Made by a program: the position numbers and the translations under genes
Part shown: piece after piece, positions 1-9,419 of the stretch
How positions within the stretch are numbered: the first letter of the stretch is position 1
Layout: each line of letters opens with the position of its first letter
Assembly: GCA_963733295.1 (NCBI GenBank)
Contig: CAVTCS010000003.1
Location: 1,056,001-1,120,000 of the forward strand
Reading direction: 5' to 3'
DNA from: Vulcanimicrobiota bacterium
Lineage (GTDB): Bacteria > Vulcanimicrobiota > Vulcanimicrobiia > Vulcanimicrobiales > Vulcanimicrobiaceae
Length of the DNA stretch: 64,000 nucleotides
Notes under the pieces: generated by a model
Told to the model about the DNA's origin: nothing
Databases searched by the model: none
The model's input: only the letters and a program-made list of their open reading frames with translations

Positions 1-2
1 TC

Positions 3-653
3 GCGAACGCCGCCGCCGATGAGTTCCACATTTCGATCGAAGGTCAGGGCGGTCACGGCGCGTCGCCGCACACCGCTGTCGACGCCATCCCGTGCGCCGC
101 GGCGATGGTGTTGGCGCTTCAGAACATCGCCGCGCGTGAAACCGATCCGATGAAAACCGTCGTCGTGACGATCGGAACGATCCAGGGCGGTTACCGCAAC
201 AACATCATTGCCGATCGCGTCGCCTTAACGGGAACGTTTCGCTCGCAAGACCCGGCCGTGCGCGACGGTCTCGAACGAAAGGCCCGGCGCATCATCGAAG
301 GTGTCGCCTCGGCGTATGGCACGCGTGCAACGCTCAAAGTTATCTACGGCTATCCACCGGTCGTAAACGATGCGGGGTTAGCTGCTTCGTTTCGCAGTTA
401 CCTCGAGAGCGAGACGGACTTCGCAGTCGCGGAGCCGGTGGCGACGATGGGCGGTGAGGACTTCGCGTACTTCGCGCAGCGCGCTCCGGGTTTGATGTTG
501 CGCTTGGGAATTCGCAACGAAGCGGCCGGCTCGATCCATCCAGGCCACAGTGCACTGTTTCGAGTCGACGAGCGGGCCCTCGCATACGGAATCGAGACGC
601 TCGTGGCCTTTGCTCGCGGGGTCGGCAGTGGACGAGTGGCCGGCTCGCCCTAG
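3..653 (+). CDS. M20 family amidohydrolase (5'-truncated by window edge)
   Basis: Frame is open from position 3 (ANAAADEFHISIEGQGGHGASPH); MGGEDF and HPGHS..F.VDE motifs. Confidence 0.9.
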   Translation, partial: ANAAADEFHISIEGQGGHGASPHTAVDAIPCAAAMVLALQNIAARETDPMKTVVVTIGTIQGGYRNNIIADRVALTGTFRSQDPAVRDGLERKARRIIEGVASAYGTRATLKVIYGYPPVVNDAGLAASFRSYLESETDFAVAEPVATMGGEDFAYFAQRAPGLMLRLGIRNEAAGSIHPGHSALFRVDERALAYGIETLVAFARGVGSGRVAGSP

Positions 654-738
654 CTGTAGTGGCTTCGAGCGAGACGACCCCCAAGATGTAGTGGCTCTGC
701 GCAGGGCGCAAGCCGACCGGCGCGGAACGCTCGGGGGA

Positions 739-1245
739 ATGGCGGTCACCCAGTTCTCGCCCGAGCGCCAAGCGCACGAGGCGGTTCACCGCAGCCTCGA
801 TCTGGCGACTTCGCCCGAGGCGGCCTTCGCGCTCGTCTGCGAAGTCGAGAAGTGGCCGGTTTGGCTTTCGTTCCTGCGAAGCGCCCGGGTGGTTGATAGT
901 GCCGGCCCACTGTGCCTCGGCAGCGAGGTCGCACTGCGCAGCGCGATCCCCGGCGAGGATGAGGAACTCTACGAAGTCGATCGCTTCCTCGAAGGGCACA
1001 TGGTCTCGCTCGTGGGCGCATACTCGGTCAGGCGGCGCATCGACGTCCGGATCGAGCGCAAAACGGACCGCTCGAAGATCGTCGTGCGGGTCGACTACCC
1101 GGCCTACGGTGGGATGCTGGGGGCATTGATCGATCGTCTGACCGCGCGCCGCAAGCTCGACCAGGCGCTGGGCGATTCGCTGCTCCACTTCAAGGGGCTC
1201 GTCGAGTTCCGCGACGCAACCGAAGACCGGCTTATCGACTTCTAG
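739..1245 (+). CDS. SRPBCC/START-like family protein
   Basis: ATG at 739 after GGGGG; 'SPEAAFALVCEVEKWPVW' N-terminal pattern and C-terminal helix 'LLHFKGLVE'. Confidence 0.7.
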   Translation: MAVTQFSPERQAHEAVHRSLDLATSPEAAFALVCEVEKWPVWLSFLRSARVVDSAGPLCLGSEVALRSAIPGEDEELYEVDRFLEGHMVSLVGAYSVRRRIDVRIERKTDRSKIVVRVDYPAYGGMLGALIDRLTARRKLDQALGDSLLHFKGLVEFRDATEDRLIDF

Positions 1246-1327
1246 ATTTTAGCAGTCGTTGACGCGAAGTGCTAAATCTGGCATAGTCGACGGAGCTTCC
1301 AGTCCATCGCTCTTCGGGAGAGTAAGG

Positions 1328-1687
1328 TTGCCGATCTACGAGTACGAGTGCCAAAAGTGCGGAGTGGTCACCGATATCCGCCACGGGTTTAAGGAAACGA
1401 CGAACGAGGCGTGCCCAACCTGCGGCGGCGCTCTGGCGCGGCGCTTCAACCCGGCTGGAATCGTGTTCAAGGGTTCGGGTTTCTACGTCACCGACTCGAG
1501 AAAAGCAAACGGAACGGCCTCCGAGAGTACTCCCGCTTCGGCCGAATCGAAGAGCGACTCCGCGCCGGCCGAGTCCAAGAGCGAGTCCAAGAGCGAGTCC
1601 AAGAGCGAGTCGAAGAGCGAGCCTAAAAGCGAGCCCAAGAGTGACGGCGGAACGAAGCCTGCGAAGAAGAGCGAAACCGCCGCGTAA
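1328..1687 (+). CDS. FmdB-family zinc-ribbon protein with low-complexity tail
   Basis: TTG start; PIYEYECQKCG...CPTCGG...GIVFKGSGFYVTD. Confidence 0.9.
   Translation: MPIYEYECQKCGVVTDIRHGFKETTNEACPTCGGALARRFNPAGIVFKGSGFYVTDSRKANGTASESTPASAESKSDSAPAESKSESKSESKSESKSEPKSEPKSDGGTKPAKKSETAA
1571..1642 (+). repeat. 12-bp coding tandem repeat x6 (ESKS/EPKS)
   Basis: GAGTCCAAGAGC x3 perfect plus 3 degenerate copies. Confidence 0.9.
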
Positions 1688-1693
1688 GGCAAC

Positions 1694-2026
1694 GTGGCTT
1701 CGCTGATTTTCCTGGGCGTCGCCGTGGTGGCGGCGCTGGCCCTGATCGGGACCGGGTTGTACCGGCTCGTCGTGGCGTTTTTTGCGCTGGAGAAGCGCAC
1801 GCATCTCTTCGACGAGCGACCGATCTACGCGCAATTCGCGGCGACGGGAGCGCGTATCGACACGGTGAGCCGTGAAATCGAAAGCCTGCCGCAGCTTTGG
1901 ACGCGGGCGCGCCTCGCCATCGTCGCGATCGAGCAGAGCCGCTCGCGTCTGCGCAGCGCGGCGCGCGGCGTTACTTTCGCGGCGCGCATGGCGCGCGCCG
2001 TTTGGAACGGTCCGAAACGCCCATAG
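1694..2026 (+). CDS. hypothetical membrane-anchored protein
   Basis: N-terminal hydrophobic helix followed by a helical region; directly follows the FmdB gene. Confidence 0.6.
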   Translation: MASLIFLGVAVVAALALIGTGLYRLVVAFFALEKRTHLFDERPIYAQFAATGARIDTVSREIESLPQLWTRARLAIVAIEQSRSRLRSAARGVTFAARMARAVWNGPKRP

Positions 2027-2184
2027 TGGCCTGTAACGCAAGGATCTATGGCGTTCTCGCTCGTCTTTTCGGCTGGCTCTTCGTCGCTGCGTCGGTCACA
2101 ATGCGCTGCATTGCTCCCTCCTCGCTCCTCGATCCAACCAAAAATCCTTCGCGATCTCACCAAAGAACCTCGCGTTACAGGCCA

Positions 2185-3468
2185 CTAGTGGGCCAGGGTT
2201 TGAACCGCGCGCCAGCGCCCGACGAAATCGGGAAAGCTGACCGCGATGCATTCCCGGTCGTCGATTTGATGTGGCCCGGAGGGGGCCGCAAGGGCCGCAA
2301 TCGCCATCGCGATGCGATGGTCACCGAACGTCCGCAGAACCCGATCGGGGCGGCGCGCCGTTCCGCCGGCTATGTCGAGACCGTCCGGATGCTCCGCGAT
2401 CGTGACGCCGCAAGCGCGCAGGGTTTGTGCGATCGTGGTAAGGCGATCGGATTCTTTGCCGCGTAAATCGGCCGCGTCTCGAATCTCGGTGGTGCCCGTT
2501 GCGTGGGCGGCGGCAACGGCGAGAATGGTGACTTCGTCGATAGCCCTGCCGACGAGCTCACCGTCGAGTCGCGTTGCCGCGAGCGGGCGGTAGCGCACGC
2601 GCAGATCGGCGACGGGCTCGCCGTCGAGGTCGCGCGCGTTCGAAAGGGTCAGGTCGGCGCCCATCGCGCAGAGAGCGTCGATGAATCCGGTTCGGGTCGG
2701 GTTGACGCCGACCTCGCGCACCGTCAGATCGCTGCCGGGCGTTATCGCCGCGGCGGTTACGAAGAAGGCTGCTCCGGAGAGATCGGCCGGGACGCGCACG
2801 CGACGCGCAGTTAAGGTGCCGGGTTCGAGTTCGATCGTGCGCCCGTCGAAATCGATCGTCCGGCCGAAGTGACGCAACATGCGCTCGGTGTGGTCGCGCG
2901 AGAAACGGTCTCCCGTCACGCGCACGCGCCCGTGCGCGTTGAGGTTGGCCAAGAGGATCGCAGACTTCACTTGCGCCGACGCGATCTCGAGCGCGAAGTC
3001 GCCGCCCGCCGGGGTGGCGAATCCGTGAACCGACGCGGGTAGCCGGCCTCCATGCGTCTCGACTTTGGCACCCATCGCTCGCAAAGGGCGCGCGACGCGC
3101 TCCATCGGACGACGCCGCAGCGACTCGTCACCGTCGAAACGTGCGCTCAGGCCGTTCCCCGCGCAGAGCCCCATCAACAATCGCGCGGTCGTTCCCGAAT
3201 TGCGTGCGTCGATCGTATGCTCGGGATTACGCAGTGCTCCGCCTTGGACCACAAATGCGTCGCCGTCGTCGCGGACGCTCGCACCGAGTTGGACGATCGC
3301 ATCCCGCGTCGCGAGAACGTCGGCGCCGCGATTGGGCGCTTCGATCGTCGACGTCCCGTCCGCCAACAACGCCAGCATCAGAGCACGGTGCGAAATCGAC
3401 TTGTCGCCGACCACTCGCAACTCGCCGCGCACCGGCCCGGCATCGAAGATCTCCGGAGTATACTGCAA
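2185..3468 (-). CDS. aroA: 3-phosphoshikimate 1-carboxyvinyltransferase
   Basis: GDKSISHR, NSGTTAR, RRPM, SAQVKS, KESDR, DHRIAM motifs; start placed at TTG 3468 after GGAG because the ORF-track start lies inside the tRNA. Confidence 0.95.
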   Translation of the reverse strand: MQYTPEIFDAGPVRGELRVVGDKSISHRALMLALLADGTSTIEAPNRGADVLATRDAIVQLGASVRDDGDAFVVQGGALRNPEHTIDARNSGTTARLLMGLCAGNGLSARFDGDESLRRRPMERVARPLRAMGAKVETHGGRLPASVHGFATPAGGDFALEIASAQVKSAILLANLNAHGRVRVTGDRFSRDHTERMLRHFGRTIDFDGRTIELEPGTLTARRVRVPADLSGAAFFVTAAAITPGSDLTVREVGVNPTRTGFIDALCAMGADLTLSNARDLDGEPVADLRVRYRPLAATRLDGELVGRAIDEVTILAVAAAHATGTTEIRDAADLRGKESDRLTTIAQTLRACGVTIAEHPDGLDIAGGTARRPDRVLRTFGDHRIAMAIAALAAPSGPHQIDDRECIAVSFPDFVGRWRAVQTLAH

Positions 3469-3491
3469 CGTCACTCCGGCGAAAGCGTCTC

Positions 3492-3574
3492 TAGGGAAGG
3501 TGGGATTCGAACCCACAAGAGCGTAAGCTCAATCGCTTTTGAGGCGATCGCGTAGACCGTTCCGCCACTTCCCC
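3492..3574 (-). tRNA. tRNA-Leu(CAA)
   Basis: GGGGAAG/CTTCCCT acceptor stem, ATCGC-CTCAAAA-GCGAT anticodon arm, long variable arm, GTGGG-TTCGAAT-CCCAC T arm; CCA not encoded. Confidence 0.93.
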
Positions 3575-6500
3575 TCATCGGGCGCTGTTCGCGGGCGTGG
3601 GCGCCTGCCCTTGCGCGAGGGGGCGTGCGCCGATGGGCGAGGCCGCGGCAGTCTCGGCGGCCTTGCCCAACATGGCACGCGCCGCGTCGAGCGAGGGGGC
3701 GATGAAGAAGCCGTATTCGACGTGGCTGGTCACGTTGGGCGCAAGTGTCAGGCGTGCGACGACCGAGTGCTCCTGCTCGAGAACCTCGGCCTGCGCGATC
3801 GTCTTCGGTCGCCAAGCGATCGTCGCGAGTTGGTGCGCCGCGTCGTCGTAGTAGCCAAAGGCCGTTCCCGCGATACGCCGCTCGGCGTGTGCTACAAACG
3901 GTTCCGGATTCGGCGTAAGCAACAGCGTCGTGTGCATGTCGAGGGCACTACCGAGCGCGAGCGAGCAGACGCTCACGGCCGCGACGGGCGTTGCCGTGCG
4001 CTCGTTGTCCGAGAAGACGACGTTTTCATCGACAGAGAACGTCCGGGCGCCGGGAGCGAGCGAGACGCTGCGCGTGAACGTGGCCCTCTGCAGGCCCTTC
4101 ACCGAGCCGGGTCGCGTGACGTCCGGCGCCGTGTAGGAGAACACGACGGTGGCGCGCGTGGCATCCTGAAATTCGCTGACCACGCCGTAATGCCGGTTGA
4201 ACATACCTGCCGGGAAATCGTGCGTATACTTGGCGATCCGGTCCGTGCTCGAGAGCGGCGGTTCCGGAAAGACGTCGTCACGCAGCGCACCGACGGACGT
4301 GAAAACATTGGCGCGCGTTGCAAGGTCCTCGAAGATAAAAGCTCGCGCTCCGGCTTCGGACTCGAGGACGATTCGCACGAGCGCGTTCTCGAGGACGACC
4401 GTGTCGTCGCCGTCGCGGTAAACATCGCGGTGCTCGACGGTGGCGAGGTCGGCAGCAAGTGGCGCGCGGTAGGGTCCGTAGGGCGCAGGCGGAAGGATCG
4501 CATCTACCCGGACGGGCAGCGCGTCAAGCGCTCGCGCTTGCGGCATCGGTAGGCTCGGCCCGGGCCGCGCGAGCAAGACCGAAGAGCCGCTGTCGTACTC
4601 CAGGCGGCAGGTGCCGGACGGCGAGTCGCTCGTTCCCGCAGGCTGGGCCTCGAGCCACGCCTGGAGCGGACAGTCGGTGTAGAGGAGCCGCCGTCCGTCC
4701 GAGGAGCGCAAGCCGATTGGTGAGATGACCACGTCGCGCGCCGGAATCAAGAGGTTCCGCAATACGACGCGCCGCTTTCGATCGATGCGCACGACGACGT
4801 TACGCAGTGCGAGAGGCAAGTGGTTGTAATTCGGCATGAAAAGGTAGCCGTCGAGTTGGCCGTCATGTGAACGCGCGAACGTCGCGCCCGGTGCGTTGAG
4901 CACGACGGGGTCGATGCCTGATGCGAGCAGAGCGGCATGGAGGTCGCTTCGATCGCGCCCGGCTCCGATGACGGCAGTGTGTCCGCCAATCGAATGAAAC
5001 CGCTTTAGTTTTTCTGCAACCGATGAAACGAACGACGGGAGCCGACCATTGGGGTTTTGCCAAGCGGGGATCACGATGACACGGTACGCTGCCAGTTCCG
5101 CATCGCTGCTGTAGCGCAAGTCGACGAGCCGGCAAGTCAGCGACAAAGCGCGACAGGCCTGCTGCACCTCGAGCGTGCGATTAGTGATGAGCCCGACGTC
5201 TGCATCCGAGGGCGGCGTATCGCCGTATGCGTCCACCGTGTAGGCAATTGCGAGATCCGCCACCGGCTCCGATGCAGCGAGGCTGCGGCCGAAACGCGCG
5301 ATGAAGTGACCGAAGGCCGCCGTCGGCACCGCACGCGGCGCCGGCGTACCGTCGAGCTGGAGCGCGGCATCCCAGGCATAGAAGCTGTTGGCGAACGGCG
5401 CTTCCATCCCGGCCGGGTAGAGTGTGTCTTGCGCCGGGAAGTTGACGAGGCCGCGAACGCCCATTCCGAGGAGCGTGCTCATCGCGAGCAGCGTATTCGA
5501 CGGATCGGCCGGACGCGGGCGGATGTCGCCCGGCTGTAGGAGCCAACCGGCTTGGAACTCGCTGAGCATGAGCGGCTGATGGGGTCGCGTCTGCAAGAGC
5601 CCCGTTGAGAACTCGAGTTGCGCGCGATCGTGTTCGCCAAGCTCGTAGGCATCGCTTTGATACCAGTTCCCCATCGCCCAGACAGGCGACGAAGCCGTGA
5701 CCTTCATTTGATACGTGTTGATGAAGACCGGCTCGAGAGGTCCGGTAACGCCGTGCACCACGCTTTCGAGCCATCGCAGGTAAGCGGTCAGATGCGGCGC
5801 CGGCCAGGTTTGGTTATCGAGATAGGCGCCTTGATCGTCGTCAAGGGCCACGGCAATGACGAGCCCGGAATCGGCGTCGAACTCGTGCAGCGCGCGCTCG
5901 AGCCAGCGCTTCGCATAGTAGAGGTGGGTAGCGTTGGTGAGCCACTCTTGGGCGGCGTCGTCGGAGTGGGCGTTCTGCAGCGTAGCGGTCGGCGGGTAGC
6001 GGCCCTCGAGCAGGTCGTGCAGCGGCATGCCGTATTCGGGACGTTGCAACAACCAAGCCGGATAGCCGCCGTTTCGCCACTCGTTGCGGATAACCGGACC
6101 GGGACGCAGCACGATGTGGAAGCCGAAAACCCGCGCCAAACGGAGCACCTCGCGCAGATCGCGGCGCGGGCTCGTGTGGCCGTCGAAATCGAACTGTCCG
6201 TCGGAAAGCTCGTGCCAGTTCCAAGGCACGTAGAGGTCAAGCGTGTTGATGCCCAGAGCGCGCAGCGAGCGCATCGAGGGTTCCCAGCGGTCGCGTGGCA
6301 GGCGCTCGTAAAAAAAGGCAGCCCCGTACACAAAAAAAGGCTTACCCGCAACGGTGAAGATTGGAACGCCGCGGCGCTCGACGATCGCGCTCGAACCCCA
6401 CGCCGCCGCGGCCGGTCGCACCAAAGCGAGCAGAACGACGAATGCGACGCCGAGCGTGCCGGCGGCTTTGAGGGCGAAGGGCCATTCGGAACGGAGACGT

Positions 6501-7816
6501 GCGCGCACGAAGTACAGCGCGACGCCCGCGCCGAGCGTCAGCAGGCCGTACGCAATCGGGCCGAGGCCTGCCGAGAAGAAGATGTACACCCAACCGGCGC
6601 CCGCAAGCAGGGCAGGGACCGGATACAGCCACATTCGGTACGGCGCGACGACACCGCGCGCGCGCAGCACGAAGAGGATCGCGACTTGCGCCAAGTTTTG
6701 GATGACGACGGTCGCTGCCGTCAGGGCCGCGATCACGTCGCCGAGTTTGAAGAAGCATGCGGGTAACGCGAGTAGTCCTAAGGTCAGCAGCGCGACGTGC
6801 GGAAAGCGACCGCGCCGCTCGAGCGCAGCGAACGGTCGCAGAAAGACGCCGTCGACCGCGGCCGCATAGGGAATGCGCGAACCGCCGAGCAGATTGCCGA
6901 ACGTCGAGGCAAACGCGGTAACCAGAATCGCGACGGTGCCGATGCGCGCGGCCCAGATACCCCAAGTCCGTTCGAGCACCGTCGACGCGACGAAGTTGGC
7001 GGCGGCCGGGGCCGCTCCGCCGGGCGTTGCCGGCACGAGTTCCTGCCAGCGCACGACGCCGAGCACGCCGAGCTGAAGCGCGATATAGAGCAGCGCTATC
7101 CCAATCACCGAGATGACGATCGAGCGCGGCAAAACGCGCGCCGGCGCGCGCACCTCATCGCCCAGCAGACACGATTGCGCGTAGCCGTAGTAGTCGTAGA
7201 GCGTAATGACGAGCGCCGGGCCGAGACCGGCCAGCAACGCGGGTCCGAGCGACGCGGAGTGGTCGAACGAGAGTGCTTGCGCTACGTTGAGGTGCGCCGA
7301 CGCGGCAGCGATGATTGCGCCGAGCGTCGCGATCGCGATGGCGGCGAACGCAAAACTGGTCGCGCCGACTGCGCCGATCGGGCGATAAAGCAGCGCCAGG
7401 GTAAGGATGCCGACCGCGGCGGCGACGATGCCTTGCGCGTGTGCGTCGCTCGCCAAAACGGGCCAAAGATATGCGGCATACTGAGCAAATCCGATGTATC
7501 CCGTCGCCAGGATCAAGGGAAGCGACAGAACCGTTTGCCAGGTGAAGAGGAACGCGAAGAGACGGCCGGATCGCTGGCGCCCGAAGGTCTCGAGCAAATA
7601 GACGTACGTCCCGCCCGAGCCGGGAAACTGCGAGGCGAGTTCGGCCCAAATCAACCCGTCGCAGAGCGCGATGAGGGCGCCCCCGATCCAGGCCGCGAGC
7701 GCGATGCTTCCGTGAAGGTTCGCGAGGACGAGCGGAATCGTGATCAGCGGCCCGATGCCGATCATCGTGATTACGTTGACCGCAATCGCGCCGCGCAGCC
7801 CGAGCCCGCGAATCAT
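3575..7816 (-). CDS. APC-family permease fused to a GH35-like glycoside hydrolase with C-terminal accessory domains
   Basis: aa 1-~447 APC (MIGIGP, WAELAS.FPGSGG.YVYL, GDEVRAP.R.LPRS); then a hydrophobic helix with AAA; then GH35 motifs (YVPWNWHE, RPGP..EW..GGYP.WL, SEFQAGW). Confidence 0.85.
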   Translation of the reverse strand: MIRGLGLRGAIAVNVITMIGIGPLITIPLVLANLHGSIALAAWIGGALIALCDGLIWAELASQFPGSGGTYVYLLETFGRQRSGRLFAFLFTWQTVLSLPLILATGYIGFAQYAAYLWPVLASDAHAQGIVAAAVGILTLALLYRPIGAVGATSFAFAAIAIATLGAIIAAASAHLNVAQALSFDHSASLGPALLAGLGPALVITLYDYYGYAQSCLLGDEVRAPARVLPRSIVISVIGIALLYIALQLGVLGVVRWQELVPATPGGAAPAAANFVASTVLERTWGIWAARIGTVAILVTAFASTFGNLLGGSRIPYAAAVDGVFLRPFAALERRGRFPHVALLTLGLLALPACFFKLGDVIAALTAATVVIQNLAQVAILFVLRARGVVAPYRMWLYPVPALLAGAGWVYIFFSAGLGPIAYGLLTLGAGVALYFVRARLRSEWPFALKAAGTLGVAFVVLLALVRPAAAAWGSSAIVERRGVPIFTVAGKPFFVYGAAFFYERLPRDRWEPSMRSLRALGINTLDLYVPWNWHELSDGQFDFDGHTSPRRDLREVLRLARVFGFHIVLRPGPVIRNEWRNGGYPAWLLQRPEYGMPLHDLLEGRYPPTATLQNAHSDDAAQEWLTNATHLYYAKRWLERALHEFDADSGLVIAVALDDDQGAYLDNQTWPAPHLTAYLRWLESVVHGVTGPLEPVFINTYQMKVTASSPVWAMGNWYQSDAYELGEHDRAQLEFSTGLLQTRPHQPLMLSEFQAGWLLQPGDIRPRPADPSNTLLAMSTLLGMGVRGLVNFPAQDTLYPAGMEAPFANSFYAWDAALQLDGTPAPRAVPTAAFGHFIARFGRSLAASEPVADLAIAYTVDAYGDTPPSDADVGLITNRTLEVQQACRALSLTCRLVDLRYSSDAELAAYRVIVIPAWQNPNGRLPSFVSSVAEKLKRFHSIGGHTAVIGAGRDRSDLHAALLASGIDPVVLNAPGATFARSHDGQLDGYLFMPNYNHLPLALRNVVVRIDRKRRVVLRNLLIPARDVVISPIGLRSSDGRRLLYTDCPLQAWLEAQPAGTSDSPSGTCRLEYDSGSSVLLARPGPSLPMPQARALDALPVRVDAILPPAPYGPYRAPLAADLATVEHRDVYRDGDDTVVLENALVRIVLESEAGARAFIFEDLATRANVFTSVGALRDDVFPEPPLSSTDRIAKYTHDFPAGMFNRHYGVVSEFQDATRATVVFSYTAPDVTRPGSVKGLQRATFTRSVSLAPGARTFSVDENVVFSDNERTATPVAAVSVCSLALGSALDMHTTLLLTPNPEPFVAHAERRIAGTAFGYYDDAAHQLATIAWRPKTIAQAEVLEQEHSVVARLTLAPNVTSHVEYGFFIAPSLDAARAMLGKAAETAAASPIGARPLAQGQAPTPANSAR

Positions 7817-7854
7817 TGCCAGGAGCGTTCGTCGCTTTGCGCGCAGTCCATCTC

Positions 7855-8889
7855 ATGTCCAGCAGCGATCTAGCCCGGCTCCTGAACCTGCAGGGTGACC
7901 TGCGCATCGATTTCGTCGACTCGGCGGCGCTGAAGGGGAACGCACTCGGCGATCCGGCGCAGCGGCCGGTCGCGGTTTATCTGCCGCCGGGTTACGATGC
8001 ACAGGGCTCGGGGCGCTATCCGGTGCTCTACGTGCTGCACGGATACACCGGCGACGTCGCGGCGCTGTGTTCGGGCCGTCCCTGGGAAGTCAACGTCTTC
8101 CAATGGATCGACCGGTTGATCGCGAGCGGTGCCATGCGCCCCGCGATCCTCGCGGTGGTCGACGGCTTCACGCGCTTCGGCGGCTCGCAGTACATGAATT
8201 CGATTCACAACGGGGACTATGCGACCTACGTCGTCCGCGACGTCATCGGCCATGTCGACGCGACCTATCGCGCGATCGCGGCCGAGGGCGGGCGCGCGGT
8301 CCTGGGAAAATCGTCGGGAGGATTTGGCTCGTTGCATCTGGTCATGACGCAACCGGGCTATTTCGCCGCTTTTGCTTCGCACAGCGGCGACGCGTACTTT
8401 CGCTTGGCTTCGCCATCCTTGTTTGCGCCGGCGCAGCGTACGCTCGAGAAATTCGATGGAGACATCGGTGCCTTCGTAAGCGATTTCGAGGGGAAGCCCA
8501 AACGTTCGGAAGCGGAATACTCGACGATGGAGCTCTTGGGCTACACCTCTGCCTACTCTCCGCGCGCGGCCGAACGGTTCGCGCTCGACCTGCCCTTCGA
8601 CGCAAAGAGCGGCGAGATTCGCGATGACGTGTTCTCGCGCTGGTTGGCCTGCGATCCGGTCGAAATGTGCCTCGGAAAGCAAGCCGAGCTGGCCCGCTTG
8701 CGGCTCCGTTACGTCGATTGTGGCCGCAAAGACGAATTCGCGCTCGACATCGGGGCGCGCATCTTGGTCGCCCGCATGCGCGAGATGGGCCTGGCGACGC
8801 GCCACGAGGAGTTCGACGACGACCACCGCAACGTCGGGTACCGGTACGCCGTTTCGCTACCGGCGTTAGTCGAGGTCTTGGAGGTTTGA
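7855..8889 (+). CDS. alpha/beta-hydrolase esterase (Fes/putative esterase family)
   Basis: VYLPPGY, YPVLYVLHG, GKSSGG nucleophile elbow, DCG..DEF, C-terminal His. Confidence 0.85.
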   Translation: MSSSDLARLLNLQGDLRIDFVDSAALKGNALGDPAQRPVAVYLPPGYDAQGSGRYPVLYVLHGYTGDVAALCSGRPWEVNVFQWIDRLIASGAMRPAILAVVDGFTRFGGSQYMNSIHNGDYATYVVRDVIGHVDATYRAIAAEGGRAVLGKSSGGFGSLHLVMTQPGYFAAFASHSGDAYFRLASPSLFAPAQRTLEKFDGDIGAFVSDFEGKPKRSEAEYSTMELLGYTSAYSPRAAERFALDLPFDAKSGEIRDDVFSRWLACDPVEMCLGKQAELARLRLRYVDCGRKDEFALDIGARILVARMREMGLATRHEEFDDDHRNVGYRYAVSLPALVEVLEV

Positions 8890-9419
8890 TGCGTCTTTTA
8901 GGGATCGTGCTGGTACTGGGCTTAGTCTTCCAACTCTCGCCCGCGCTTGCCGACGGGCAAACCTACCACGACAAGAGCATAACGTTCACCGCGCCTGACG
9001 ACTGGAGCAACCTCAACGTACCGCCGCCGGCGAGCACGGAGGACTCAACGCTGGTCGCGATGTTCGTGAAGGACCCGGGGCACCAGAACGCGCGCGCGAT
9101 CCAGATCGTCGTCAAAGATTTTGACGGGAGCCTCGATGCGTTCGATAGCGCGTACGAGAAAGAGTTGAAAACAAAGTCCGACAGCACGTTTATCACTTCG
9201 AAGAAGGTCACGCTTTCGAACGGCATGCCCGCCTATTGGTTGAAAGTATCGCAGGGATCGGACGTGGGCCAATACACGCGACGCTTCGAGTACGTCATCA
9301 TCGATCTCAAGCGCGGGATCACGGTGAGCTACATCGGTCGCCAAGGTGATTTCGAAGAGAAGGATGCACAAGCGGCGCTTGCCGGGCTCAGCGTCGTCGC
9401 TTATCCCCGCGATCGCTGA
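8889..9419 (+). CDS. secreted hypothetical protein (possibly PsbP/DUF1795-like)
   Basis: ATG overlaps the upstream TGA; signal peptide ending ALA; FTAPDDW pattern. Confidence 0.65.
   Translation: MRLLGIVLVLGLVFQLSPALADGQTYHDKSITFTAPDDWSNLNVPPPASTEDSTLVAMFVKDPGHQNARAIQIVVKDFDGSLDAFDSAYEKELKTKSDSTFITSKKVTLSNGMPAYWLKVSQGSDVGQYTRRFEYVIIDLKRGITVSYIGRQGDFEEKDAQAALAGLSVVAYPRDR

Noticed and set aside
340..1188. Long antisense and alternate-frame ORFs here and throughout the window
   Set aside because: Expected shadows in GC-rich DNA; Arg/Pro/Ala-rich with no motifs
1571..1642. Tandem repeats as a possible CRISPR or non-coding array
   Set aside because: In-frame coding low-complexity repeats without spacers, common in FmdB tails; no CRISPR array or cas gene was seen in the window
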